Source: Malacoraja senta
Lineage: Eukaryota
Direction of reading: 5' to 3'
Length of the DNA stretch: 64,000 nucleotides
Assembly (NCBI GenBank): GCA_038087875.1
Contig: JAXLNO010002689.1
Coordinates: forward strand, 1-64,000
Shown here one piece after another: positions 22,976 through 34,286 of this stretch (the stretch's first letter is position 1; each line of letters begins with the position of its first letter). The translations under genes and the position numbers were made by a program. The notes under the pieces were generated by a model. That model saw only the letters and a list, made by a program, of their open reading frames with translations, searched no databases and had not been told where the DNA came from.

Positions 22976-25900
22976 TAATGACCCGAATGTATCCTTAATG
23001 CCTCCATTAGCTTGATACACCTATCAATTAGCTCTACCCTTTTCCCCTGGGCAGAGTCACTTAATTGAATCAATTGTGACCCAAATAGTCAGGTGTTAAT
23101 TTGGATTCCTCTGGATGATTAATGCCCAATCTTTGAAAATTGGATTTAACAACTATCACCTGTTACTTCAGCTGTTCTCTTGGATACCCCTGTAATCAAG
23201 ATATCATCGAGATAAGCCACGAGCACCTGACCCTGGGCTCTCAGCATACCTATTATAGATTTTAACAATTTTGTTGCCATAGTTCATCCATCCAGGTGAA
23301 TTTCAAATATCCTTATCCTGCAAATAAACAGACATTGAATAATGCGCATATTTAAGGTCTATAGTCGCCATATAGCATCCTCTTGACCCAGTTGCTTAGC
23401 AGTGACAATTCCATCTTACAATGTCTATACTATATCCCCCATCTTTTTTGGCCTGGGAAAATATTAGACACAAATTGATGGGGATGGTGAACCACTACAC
23501 CTTTATCACATAAGCTTGCAAGCGCAGTCTGAACATCCATCTGTTCTGTTAATGAAACTGAATAGTTCTCCAAAGAACATGTTGAATGTGCAAATCACAA
23601 TTTGGATTGAAATCCATTCGAAACCTTTGAATAACACTCTGTATAAAACAGAGCTAAGGTAATTTGCTTCCATTCATCCCAGAAACAGATGTAATGTACC
23701 CCAGATTGAAGTTGTGTCACATTTGATATGTGCACCTGAGAACCAGGCCCACCTACCTCCTTGGTACCTGGTGGATGTTTGACCATGTTCCTGCTTCGTT
23801 TGTAGGGGTACTTTCTTTTTTGGAAACTTGCTGACTGCCGGTGGCTTGATCAAGCCCACCATCTTTGCCTCGTCACCCATGTCCTTGACACTCTTGGCGA
23901 GGTCCTCTCCGAAGAGTAGGTTGGCCGGCTGTATGTTGCTAGGCTGGAAAAATACTGCAATCTTGGAATTAATGGTGGTCCGAATGGCACTTTCCCTGAG
24001 ACAATTTATCTAAAAAATGGGTGCTACAAAGCAACCCTAGTACCTCTTGATGCGTCTCTGACACATGCCCTCCATCCACCGTTCTCGCGAACGCCGTGAT
24101 TCCTGAGCCAAGTAATTTCAGGATTCTCTGCAGCTTCATCTCCTGGGCACTGCACGCCCACGCCCGTCTGGCTCCATATCACCCGGTTCACTGCTGGCAC
24201 CTTCAGCAACTCGCAGTTACCCCGTCTCTTGGTGATTCCAGACTCTGACTGGACAGCGAATCGTACTGTCAGAGATAGGAACTCTGACAACGGCCGTCTT
24301 CGCTTTCCCAGTGGCACTCCATACTCTGACGGGACAGCGAATCGTGCTACCAGAGAATGGACCTCTGACAACGGCCGTTCTTCACTAGTCAACAAAGTCT
24401 CCGTCAGAGTCGGGTCAGAACTGAGCTGACCCCCTGCAAGTGCCTTTTAAATGACGGTGCTATCCAGCAGCCTCTATATCGTGGAGGCCAGCTCTTCTCC
24501 CAGTGGCACTCCATACTCTGACGGGACAGCGAATCGTGCTGTCAGAGAATGGACCTCTGACAACGGCCATTCTACGCTAGTTCCAAGTCTCCGTCAGATT
24601 CGGGGTCAGAACTTAGCTGACCCTTTGCACTCACCTCATACATGAGGGTGCTTTAAGCAGCCCTCTACCAGGTGCTGCCGGCGTGGCCTTTCTGCTGCCT
24701 ACCGCCCACACAACTCCTCCCCGGAGTGTGCGTTTCTGGAGCAACCTCTGGATGAGGTGCTCCATTTGGGAGAACCGTTTTACAACGTCTCCAGCCCCGT
24801 ACAGGCTCGTTGTGGCCCAACTCCGTTGAATCCGAGGGCCTCCCAGACTTCCCCGTGCCTTACGCCCGACAGGCGTTGGCTTTGGTGCTTTTTAGCACTG
24901 AGTCTGAAGTCGCCCCGTTCCCGGTCGGCGACTGTGCAGGGGTACGAGGCAGCCGCTGACAGACCGCATTCCCGCGGCTCTCCTATGCTTTACCTGCGGC
25001 TGCCCTCCCCCTGGTCGTCTTCATCATGGTGCTGCCTGTACTAAAAAACACAGAGCACCACAAAATAAACTTTTCCTCCAGCTAAGATTAGCTGGAGCTT
25101 TAAACTATAAAAGTACTTTAAAAGTACTTGCTACAGGAGGAGCTCTGTCCTCCCCTGCTCGCCTTCACCATGGTGCTGCCTGTGACAAACACAGAGCACA
25201 GCACCACAGTAAAGGAAACTGTTTTACTGCAACTAAGTTTGTCACTTAGCTGGAGCTTAAAACGCTTTAAAAATACTCTAAAAGTACTTACCACGAGAGG
25301 AGCTCTGTCCTCCCGCTGTCCGTGCGCCAATGCGACCGACGTAATGACGCGCATGCGCCCTGACGGGTCTTCTTCACGTAGTCACAAACGTAACTCCGAA
25401 GCAAAATTTGTAATCCCGCTACCCTTTACTGGTTCATGTAACGTTTGTGAGCACCAAAACCCCTTGAACTTGCCAGCTTGAAGAATGATAGCGTTGCTCT
25501 TCATGTACTGCCTTTCGCTACGCACAGCTGTCTGAGAGCAGCTATAACTGGCAATGAGTGTTCACTGTGGTAATGCAGAGCCCTAGCCAGTTTGTGTTCA
25601 ACGGTTCAACTAGCAGCAGTCGTTATCTTGTTTGTGGTATCATTGTATTGACCAGGGACTTCTCTGCTCTCCTCAAAGTCAAGGAATCTCTTCCATCCAC
25701 AATGGAAAACCAAATAGAGATCCAGATAAATGTCACAACTCACTCTCTCAGGGACTGCAGAGGAGCGTCACATATTAGAAACATAGAAAATAGGTTCAGG
25801 AGTAGGCCATTCGGCTCTTTTTTTTGGACTTCAAGCATCCAAGACGGCACCCAACACAGAACCAGATCTGCACACTCACATTACAATTGCTACACACTCT

Positions 25901-26537
25901 TAAATCTGTATTCCTACAGGAATATTTATTCCTTTATCATGTATCTAAACAGTGTAAATGGGTCGATTGTAATCACGTATTATCTTTCCGCTGACTGATT
26001 AGCACGCAACAAAAAGCTTTTCACCGTCCCTCGGTATGCGTGACAATAAACTAAACAGAACTGAAACTGAAAATTGCCCCTAATGTATCTTGGATGCAGA
26101 AAAATGGGAGAGGAGGGTAGTTAAGGGGGAGACAAGAAGAAAACCGAGATGAGTGGATACACAAGTGGATAGTGTATGCTGCAATCTTGAACAAAACACA
26201 ACGTACTGGTGGAACTCAACGGGTGAGCAGTATCTGTGGAAAGAATGGACAGATGACCTTTTGGTGCACAACCCTTTTCAGATGGGTGGATAATTACCAG
26301 TATGGATGCAGTGGGCCGAAGGGGCTGTTTTTGTGCTATTTATCTCCAAGATGTTTCTGAAATTGTACTCATAAATCTGAGTGTCACTTAATCAAAATAA
26401 TAATGCTGAACACCTGTGTGTTTCTGTGATATTGTGGTGACTCTTTTGTGTAATGTGTGTGCAAAAAACAAAGATTTTCTCTGTACCTGGCTACAGTACA
26501 AGTGACATCGAGATCGTCTTCTGTTGTGTGTTTTCAG

Positions 26538-26703
26538 AGCAAAAATCAGTCCCATCGCAGAGGGGAGTATAATGTTTACAGCACTTTCCAGAGCCATGAA
26601 CCAGAGTTTGACTATCTGAAGAGTCTTGAGATCGAGGAGAAGATAAATAAAATTAGGTGGCTGCCCCAGCAGAATGCAGCCTACTTTCTTCTCTCAACCA
26701 ATG
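26538..26703 (+). CDS. PPP2R2B: PP2A regulatory subunit B55-beta, internal coding exon (166 nt)
   Basis: ttttcAG acceptor and GTAGGT donor. Translates [55 protein letters not shown](D). [12 protein letters not shown] and QQNAAYFLL match my recollection of the beta paralogue rather than alpha/gamma/delta. Confidence 0.96.
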
Positions 26704-27855
26704 GTAGGTAAAAGGAACACCTTGGTGTTGGTGACGGATTGTGCTTTATATTCATTATATCCTGGAAAAATTGCATTGTGATTAATGTATTTGCTTGAGA
26801 CCTTCTGAATAATAGTCAGGTACAGAGAAATTTTGGACATAGTTTCCACCTGCCTTGGGACATTTGAGATAGGGCTTACACTTTTGCTTGTTGAATTTCC
26901 AATTTCAGGCAACCTGTTCCCTGGCTGTTCCTTTCTCCCTCCTTCCTATCTCTCCAGGTTCTCTCAGACACATCCTTCCCAAGACAGACACAAAATGCTG
27001 GGGTAACTCAGCGGGACAGGCAGCATCTCTGGGGAGATGGAATGGGTGACGTTTCGGGTCGAGGCCCTTCTTCAGACTGACATCTGCAGTCTAAAGCCGG
27101 AGAACAGCATCTGCAGTTCCTTCCAACACATCCTTCCCCAGCCCGTGATCACCCAGTTTCTTTCTCCACTCCCACCCACTCCATGTGTCAGTCACCCATC
27201 CTACCTGCCTTATTTAATTTGCATGTTTCACCTTCCTTTCCTATCAAATTCCATCACGTGTAGCCCTGTGTTGACTCCATCTATCATGTCCCATCCTCTG
27301 TCCATCTATCCGCCCATCCTCCCCAACCGGACACTTTCTGCCACTGAAATGGACCATGTCATTCTTAGGACTTCTCCGCATCTCCTCGGCCCTGTTACAG
27401 GGCTGTTCAATCACACAGTTCACATTGCATCCCCCCGAATGTCCGTGAGAATAACGCACTGGAAATGTACCAGGATTCATTGCGGGGACTTCTGCAAACA
27501 CATTTTTCAAAAGGAGAGAAACAATTGGACTTCATGCGAGGATATTCAGTGACATTTGTGACAGATTACAGGGTGATCTGAATCACGTTCCTGAATTAGT
27601 AGGCCAGAATTTCACAAGGTCAATGCAATGTATGCCCTATGAAGGGGAAAAACACAGGTGCTCGAAATGTGAACTAAAAACAGAAATGTTGGAAACACTC
27701 AGCAGGTCAGGCAGCGTCCACAGAGGGAGAAACAGAGTTGACATTTCAGGCCATTCATCAGAATTGGGAAAGCAAAAAAACCTAACCTAACTAGGTTTCT
27801 TTTCAAATATTATAAGCTCCACAGGACTGACCAAGTTCTCTCTGTTTGTGAACAG

Positions 27856-27968
27856 ATAAGACGGTTAAACTGTGGAAGATCAGTGAGCGGGACAAGAGGC
27901 CGGAAGGATACAACCTGAAGGATGAAGATGGTAGAATCAAAGACCCCTCCACAATCACTACCCTGCGG
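27856..27968 (+). CDS. PPP2R2B: PP2A regulatory subunit B55-beta, internal coding exon (113 nt)
   Basis: gtttgtgaacAG acceptor and GTACGT donor. Translates (D)[37 protein letters not shown]. The first 2 nt complete the G|AT Asp codon from the previous exon. Confidence 0.95.
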
Positions 27969-29051
27969 GTACGTTCATTCAAACAACCATGTGTCGGATC
28001 ATAGATTACAGTTGATACATGAACGTAATTGAGTATGTTTCCTATCCACTTAATTTGTAACCATTAATGAATTATTATATTTTTTAATTATTTATTATCT
28101 TTATATATATTATATATTTCTATTTATTATGTCTATTATATTATATATCATATAAATATTTAATTAGATGAATAATTAATTGATTATAATAAAATGCACT
28201 GACCCAACCCTAACTCATGTGAAAGAGCTAATAGTCAAATCTAAAATGGAGTCGTTCTTCCACAAAAGCATGGACTAGTAGAACAAAAGAATGGCTCGGT
28301 GCCAAGTCTGAATGACTTTGTAAATTATATGGAATACAATATGGAGGATAGGTTATCTTTTCCATACAGACATTAAGATGGCAGCCTGCAGTAATAACAT
28401 GTGCTTCATTCAAGGCCATAAATAAGCCAAGATTGAAAAAAATAGCTGACGCTCCAGAGATAAGTAATAATTTGTTATTGGATGAGCTTGATTTGGACCC
28501 AGCTTTCCTTTATTGTGAAAGGCTACAGAATCTTTCAGTCATGCCATATTCAGACTTGGTAGGAGTGTTTTACTGATAAGAAAAATTCTAATTGTGCTAA
28601 CTCTCCTTTGTTCTGTGCGTGGGAGTTCTTGGTGCAATCTTTCTTCCAGGGGTTTGTTCCCAATCTCCGTGTTGTGCTGTTGAATGAGATGTGAAGCACT
28701 TGCACCTCCACTGGTAGATTTATGGGGGAAAGCATTTTATTTCCCTGGGGCCAGAGCACAAGTCCAGGACTAGGTTTGATCTTGATCTCAGGTGTTGTCT
28801 GTGAGGTTTGCATGCTCTCCCTGTGACACCCACTTGCCAAAGATGTGCGGGTCAGTGTAACTTGCCCTGTGTATAGGTGGATGGCAAGAGAATCGAGGAT
28901 GTTAGTGGGTATATGAGAGAGTCAATAACTTGTAGGGCTGCAGGGAAATAAAGAGGGGGGGAGGGATGTGACTGATGACATTACTCAGCTGGGGCCAGAA
29001 CAAAACTAATGGGTGGAAGAATCTTCTCCTGCACTGTAGCAAGTAAGTGAC

Positions 29052-30062
29052 ATAGAGTCATACAACATGGAAACAGGCCTTTCAGCCCAACCTGCCTATG
29101 CCAACAAAGATACCCCATCTACACTAGTCCCACCTACCTGCATTTGGCCTACATCACTCTAAACCTTTCCTATATACTTGCCTCATAATATTTATAATAT
29201 TATAATATTTCATCCTGTTATAATATTTGCCTCAACTACCTCCTCTGGCAGCTCGTTCCATATACCCACAATCCTCCGTGTGAAAAGGTTGCTGCTAAGG
29301 TTCCTATTAAATCTTTCCCTTCTCACCTTAAACCTATATCCTCTGGTTCTTCATTCCCTTACTCTGAGTAAAAGACTGTGTTTTTACCCTATTTATTCCC
29401 CTCAGGGTCTTTTACACGTCTATAAGTTCATCCCTCATCCTCCTGCACTCCAAAAAATAAAGCCCTAGCCAGTCCAACTTCTCCCTATAGCTCAGGCCCT
29501 CCAGTCCTGGCAACATCCCCATGAATCTTCCCTGCATTCTTTATAACTTAACAACATCCTTCCTATAGTAGGGTGACCAAAACGGAACACAACACTTCAG
29601 ATGCAGCCTCACCAACGTCTTTTACAACTGTAACATAATATCCCAACTTCTATACTCAATACCCTGACTGATGAAGGCCAATGTACTGAAATCCTTTTTG
29701 ACCACCCCATCTACCTGAGATGCCATTTTCAAGGAACTATATAGGATCTCTCTGCTCTACAACACTCCCCAGGGCACTGTCATTCACAGTGAAGGTCCTG
29801 CCTTGATTTGACTTCACAAAATGCAACACCTCATACTTATCTGTATTAAAGTCCACTACCCATTCCACAGCCCACTGGCCCAACTGATCACGATCTTGCT
29901 GTAATATTGATAACCATCTTCACTATCTACGATACCACCCACTTTTATCTGCAGAGTTATTCATCGTGCCTGCATTCTCCTCCAAATCGTTGATCCAAAC
30001 CTCAAACAGCGATGGGCCTAGCACCGATCACTGAAGCTCACCACTACTGACATGCCTCCAGT
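29052..30062 (-). mobile_element. CR1 LINE 3' ~1 kb
   Basis: Reverse strand shows RT C-terminal remnants (LVRLHLKCCVPFWSPYYRKDV-like) and the CR1 3'UTR. Confidence 0.85.
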
Positions 30063-30569
30063 CTGAAAAACTGGAGGGCTTAAAAAAAAAAGCAACAAAT
30101 TCCTCGAGAAATAGTTGTTTCCTCCAACCAACTGTACAAAACCAAGTGAAAAGCAATAAAACACAACGTAGAGTTTGGATAAATGAAAGGAAAATAGAAA
30201 ATGCAGTAAACACACAGCAGAACAGTCAGCATCTGTGAGGAGAGAAATAGAGTTACCGTTTCAGGTGAAGGGTCATTGATCCTGTTGACTTTCCTTAATT
30301 TACTGTTGCTAGTACTAAAGCCAGTGGGTCACTTCATTGCTGATTGTGCATTCTAGAAGTGTGCACATGAATATTTGCATTTATATATACCTTCATCATA
30401 ATACAAAATAATGACAACTTTCCAGAACAGCTAATAATTACAGATCTGAACTATGCCAGGTTTCCCAATAGCTTCCTTGTTGAAGTATAGCAACATCTGA
30501 CACATCAGCAGGGTGCCAGCTGTGGTCTCTCATTTGCACTTTATCAGTGGACCTTACAGTAGCTCGTAC

Positions 30570-31080
30570 GTTCATAAGTGATAGGAGCAGAATTAGGGCC
30601 TTCAGCCCATCAAGACTACTCCGCTATTCAGTCGTGGCTGATCTATCTCTCACGCTCAACCACATTCTCCTCCCCATAGCCCTCCCCATAACCCATACTA
30701 ATCAAGAATCTTTCTCTTTCTGCTTTAAAAATATCCATTGACTTGGCCTGCACAGCCTTCTGTGGCAATGAATTCCAGATTTACCACCCTCTGACTAAAG
30801 AAATTCCTTCTCATCTCCTTCCTCCGAAAGGAACATCCTTTTATTCTGAGGCTATGACCTCTGGTTCTAGACTCTCCCACTAGTGGAAACATCCTTTCCA
30901 CATCCACTCTATCCAAGCCTTTCATTATTCGGTAAGTTTCAATGAGGTGTCCCCTCATCCTTCTAAACTCCAGGCCCAGTGCCGTCAAACGCACATTGAC
31001 CCACTCATTCCTGGGATTATTTTCGTAAACCTCCTCTGGACCCCAGCACGTCCTTCCACAGAAATGGGGCTCAAAATTGC
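30570..31080 (-). mobile_element. CR1 LINE 3' end
   Basis: ORF 30725-31123 LEFRRMRGHLIETYRIMKGLDRVDVERMFPLVGESRTRGHSLRIKG. Confidence 0.88.
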
Positions 31081-32502
31081 CAGCACAACTGTGTTTGTTG
31101 CTTGCCTTAATTAAAGAAACCACTCAATGTCCCCAGCCTTACTTGTTTTTCACAATTACCGCTCAACCAAGATGGTATAGATGAGGGTAGGGACATGGCA
31201 AGGCCCTTCATCACAAGGTAGACTCCCAACCCAAGACGTGTTCATGATCAATGGGCACTTGGACAATGGAATGCAGGGTTTCTAATGGTCTCAGAGCAGT
31301 GGTGTGGTGAGGCATTGGTACATCTCTGTCAGAAAGATGGGGAATTGCCATAGAAATCCATCCAAATTGAGCCAGTAATTTAGAAAGTTGTTACGCAAAA
31401 CTGAAGCAAATGTGCCATACGGTCTAGCTATGAGGAATTGCAGATGCTGGTTTACCTCTGAACTGGAAAGGTCACCTATCCATGTTCTCCAAAGATGCTG
31501 CCCGTCCCGCTAATTTACCCCATCACTTTGTATCCCTTTTTATGCAAGATGGACTTATGATGCTTTAAACTCAGTGGGGAAAGTTATTGTATAACTGTGT
31601 AACATTTTATCTAAGGCAGTCTTCTGGTTGACTTTGAATGTAAGAAAGCAGGATGACAGGAGCACTGGCAAAGTTGGTGTTTTGTATCCTTGTCCACGAG
31701 ACACCTCAGTCAAGATGGTGGCTGTTGTAGCATTGCACCACCTTAAGACTAATCTTAAGAGCACATCTATCGTGAATTGTTTAGTTAAAGAGTCGCAAAG
31801 GTGTTGGCATGAATTTACACATTTGTTTAACTAAACGCTAATGTACTGATAAATGTTACATGGCTGCCTCATGAGATTGTATTTTTTGATCATTGTATGC
31901 ACTTCTAGCTTCTCCAACCTGAGTATTTGATATAGGCATCCTCTAAATGTTAATAACTTCTTCTTATCGAGTCCACACACAAGATTAGAAGTTGTTCTGC
32001 CAGAGCTGAACACACTTCTCGGCATCTACATACAATGGCGTCTGTCTTGCGCTTCATGTGCTTCTTGTACGTGGCGGTGGAAAGATTGGTGGAAACAGGG
32101 CCGCGACGTGAACGCTCTTTCCTTGACCCCAATGTTAATATGAAGAACTCAGTTTCTGTTTCATCTCCGGCATCTCCCAACTTCCCACACTACTGCATTT
32201 TCATCATATGTGCTACTATTTGACAGGCGTTCTAAACGTAAGCATTGTGAAGTGTTTAATACTGAGTATAAAACGTTTGTGAAGTAACACTGGCAGAAAG
32301 TGCTCAAGGCTTATAGTCTCTGGGATGCATCTGAATGGACACGTTGCTTCTGGTGACTGTTCAACTGTTCCAGACTATTAGCTCACATCCTGCCTTTATG
32401 ACACGGTTTGTTTAGCAAACAAGTGAGATGGCACTTTGGTTATTGCAGCATAACCTTAGAAATCATGCGGACTCCTTCAGGGTGCAAAGTGAGGCCCTTG
32501 TC

Positions 32503-32785
32503 TGTTTAGTTTAGTTTAGTTTAGAGATACAGCGCGGAAACAGGCCCTTCGGCCCACCGGGACCATGCCGACCAGCGATCCCCGCACATTAACACTATCC
32601 TACACCCACCAGGGCAATTTTTACATTTACTAAGCCAATTAACCTACAAACCTGCACGTCTTTGGACTGTGGGAGGAAACTGAAGATCTCGGAGAAAACC
32701 CACGTGGTCACAGGGAGAATGTACAAACTCCATACAGGCAGCACCCGCAGTCGAGATCGAACCCGGGTCTCCGGCGCTGCATTCG
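32503..32785 (-). mobile_element. HE1-type V-SINE
   Basis: (gttta)n tail, V-domain and B-box (gatcgaacccggg); 5'-truncated. Confidence 0.88.
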
Positions 32786-33223
32786 TTGAGTTGTGACATT
32801 CGCTTTCAGTCCAATTCTGCCTCTTGTTTGCCAACTCACTCTGTATCACGGTTGGGTGTGAGAAAGGTCATATTACACATGGCTCATTTGGTGTGCAGTT
32901 ATACAGCATTGGCTGATAAAAGCAGTGGATGGAATATAGCCTTGAGCACATACTTCTGTCAGGACTCGGCTGCCTTTTTGGGAGATGAGAGTTATTCTGG
33001 ATGTGATACTAATGCTGTGCTGAAGCAGTGGAGCCATGCTAGGAGCATTGTTAGACGCACAAGTGCCGTATAACTTACAACTTTCAGTTGGCCCATGTTT
33101 GCAACCCTGCTTTACACACTGTGAAGGACGTGGCTCTTAAAAAGATGCAAGCATTTAATATAAACTTTCACCCATTCTGCAAGAGCATCCCATGAGAAGC
33201 TCGTCTTACTATAACACAATTAG

Positions 33224-33503
33224 TGTATAAAATCATGAGAGGATTAGATCGGGTAGATGCACAGTCTTCTTGCCCAGAGTAGATGAATCGAGGACCAGAG
33301 GACATAGGTTTAAGTTGAAGGGGAAAAGATTTAATAGGAATCTGAGGGGTAACATCTTCACACACACAAAGGGGTGGTGGGTGTATGGAACAAGCTGCCA
33401 GAGGAGGTAGCTGAGGCAGGGACTATCCCAATGTTTAAGAAACAGTTGGATAGGATAGGGACCAAATGCAGGCAGGTGGGACTAGTGTGGCTGGGACATG
33501 TTG
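33224..33503 (+). mobile_element. CR1 LINE 3' end
   Basis: YKIMRGLDRVDAQSLL...VVGVWNKLPEEV; sibling at ~1020-1228. Confidence 0.82.
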
Positions 33504-33969
33504 GGAAATTCTTGGGAATTCTGCACCAGCACTCCCAAGTCCCTTTGCACCACCGATTTCTGAATTAACTGTGGCATAGCTCGTGGCAACCATTTTATTT
33601 GAATGGTTTTTAAAACTTTTACTCATGAATTTGCTGGAGTATAAACTGCACCGTGGTGCTTGGGAACAATGCAGCACCTGGCCATTCAGTGAATGTAAGA
33701 ACCATCAGTATTACTCTTTAACCACCGAGATTAAAACTTTGAAAAATTATCACAATAAGTAAATTTGTAGCAGAGAATTCAATGTCAAAATAGATACAGG
33801 AAGAGAAAGAAAGACATATTAAATTGAGGAAGAAAATTGACTAAGGGAGATTAAGAACCATCTATCTATTCATTTAAGGTCTGATTTTTCTAATATCCGT
33901 TTAACGATTGAAGGAATGAGACAGGATATTTAAACTTTCCATTATGGATGAGGCGAATCTGATCGACAG

Positions 33970-34286
33970 GGCGGCCATGGTGGCGCAGCGGTAGAGTTGC
34001 TGCTTTACAGCGCTTGCGGCACCGGAGACCCGGGTTCGATCCCGACTGCGGGTGCTGTCTGTACGGAGTTTGTACGTTCTCCCCGTGAACGCGTGGGTTT
34101 TCTCTGAGATCTTCGGTTTCCTCCCACACTCCAAAGACGTACAGGTTTGAAGGTCAATTGGCTTGGTATAAGTGTAAAATTGTCCCTAGGGTGTATAGGG
34201 TAGCGTTAATGTGCGGGGATCGCTGGTCGGCGCGGACTCAGTGGGCCGAAGGGCCTGTTTCCGCACTGTTTCTCTAAACTAAACTA
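33970..34286 (+). mobile_element. Full-length young HE1-type V-SINE (tRNA head, V domain, CR1-derived tail)
   Basis: Pol III A box TGGCGCAGCGG, B box GGTTCGATCCC, V-domain GGTTTCCTCCCACACTCCAAAGAC, (CTAAA)n tail. TSD GACAG (33965-33969, 34287-34291); CpGs retained. Confidence 0.92.

Larger units (their letters stand above)
20139..25407 (-). mobile_element. DIRS1-type tyrosine-recombinase retrotransposon, structurally complete, coding regions decayed
   Basis: Inverted terminal repeats 25345-25407 and ~20190-20247 (the latter extended to 20139); internal complementary region 20367-20478. Minus-strand remnants in DIRS order: gag-like (~25030-23800); RT (FVSNIFPRPK, MATIDLK, VAYLDDILI with YLDD at 23203-23214); RNase H (SALGWG, QIDNTT.VAYI, YLPG...VADAKSR); methyltransferase-like (FASRFN, VLVIPNWPNQAWFP); tyrosine recombinase (GLSYSTINTALSALS, STRAAATS, AGWS). 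Confidence 0.93.

Noticed and set aside
22560-22998. Ala/Arg/Pro-rich ORFs and a CpG-island-like patch
   Set aside because: Produced by GC-rich tandem repeats inside a MITE with TIRs and a TAA TSD.
28068-28195. Extremely AT-rich tract after the third exon
   Set aside because: Low-complexity (TA/TTA) sequence with no discernible structure.
33970-34050. tRNA gene-like A/B boxes
   Set aside because: Head of a V-SINE, continuous with the V domain, LINE-derived tail and TSD.
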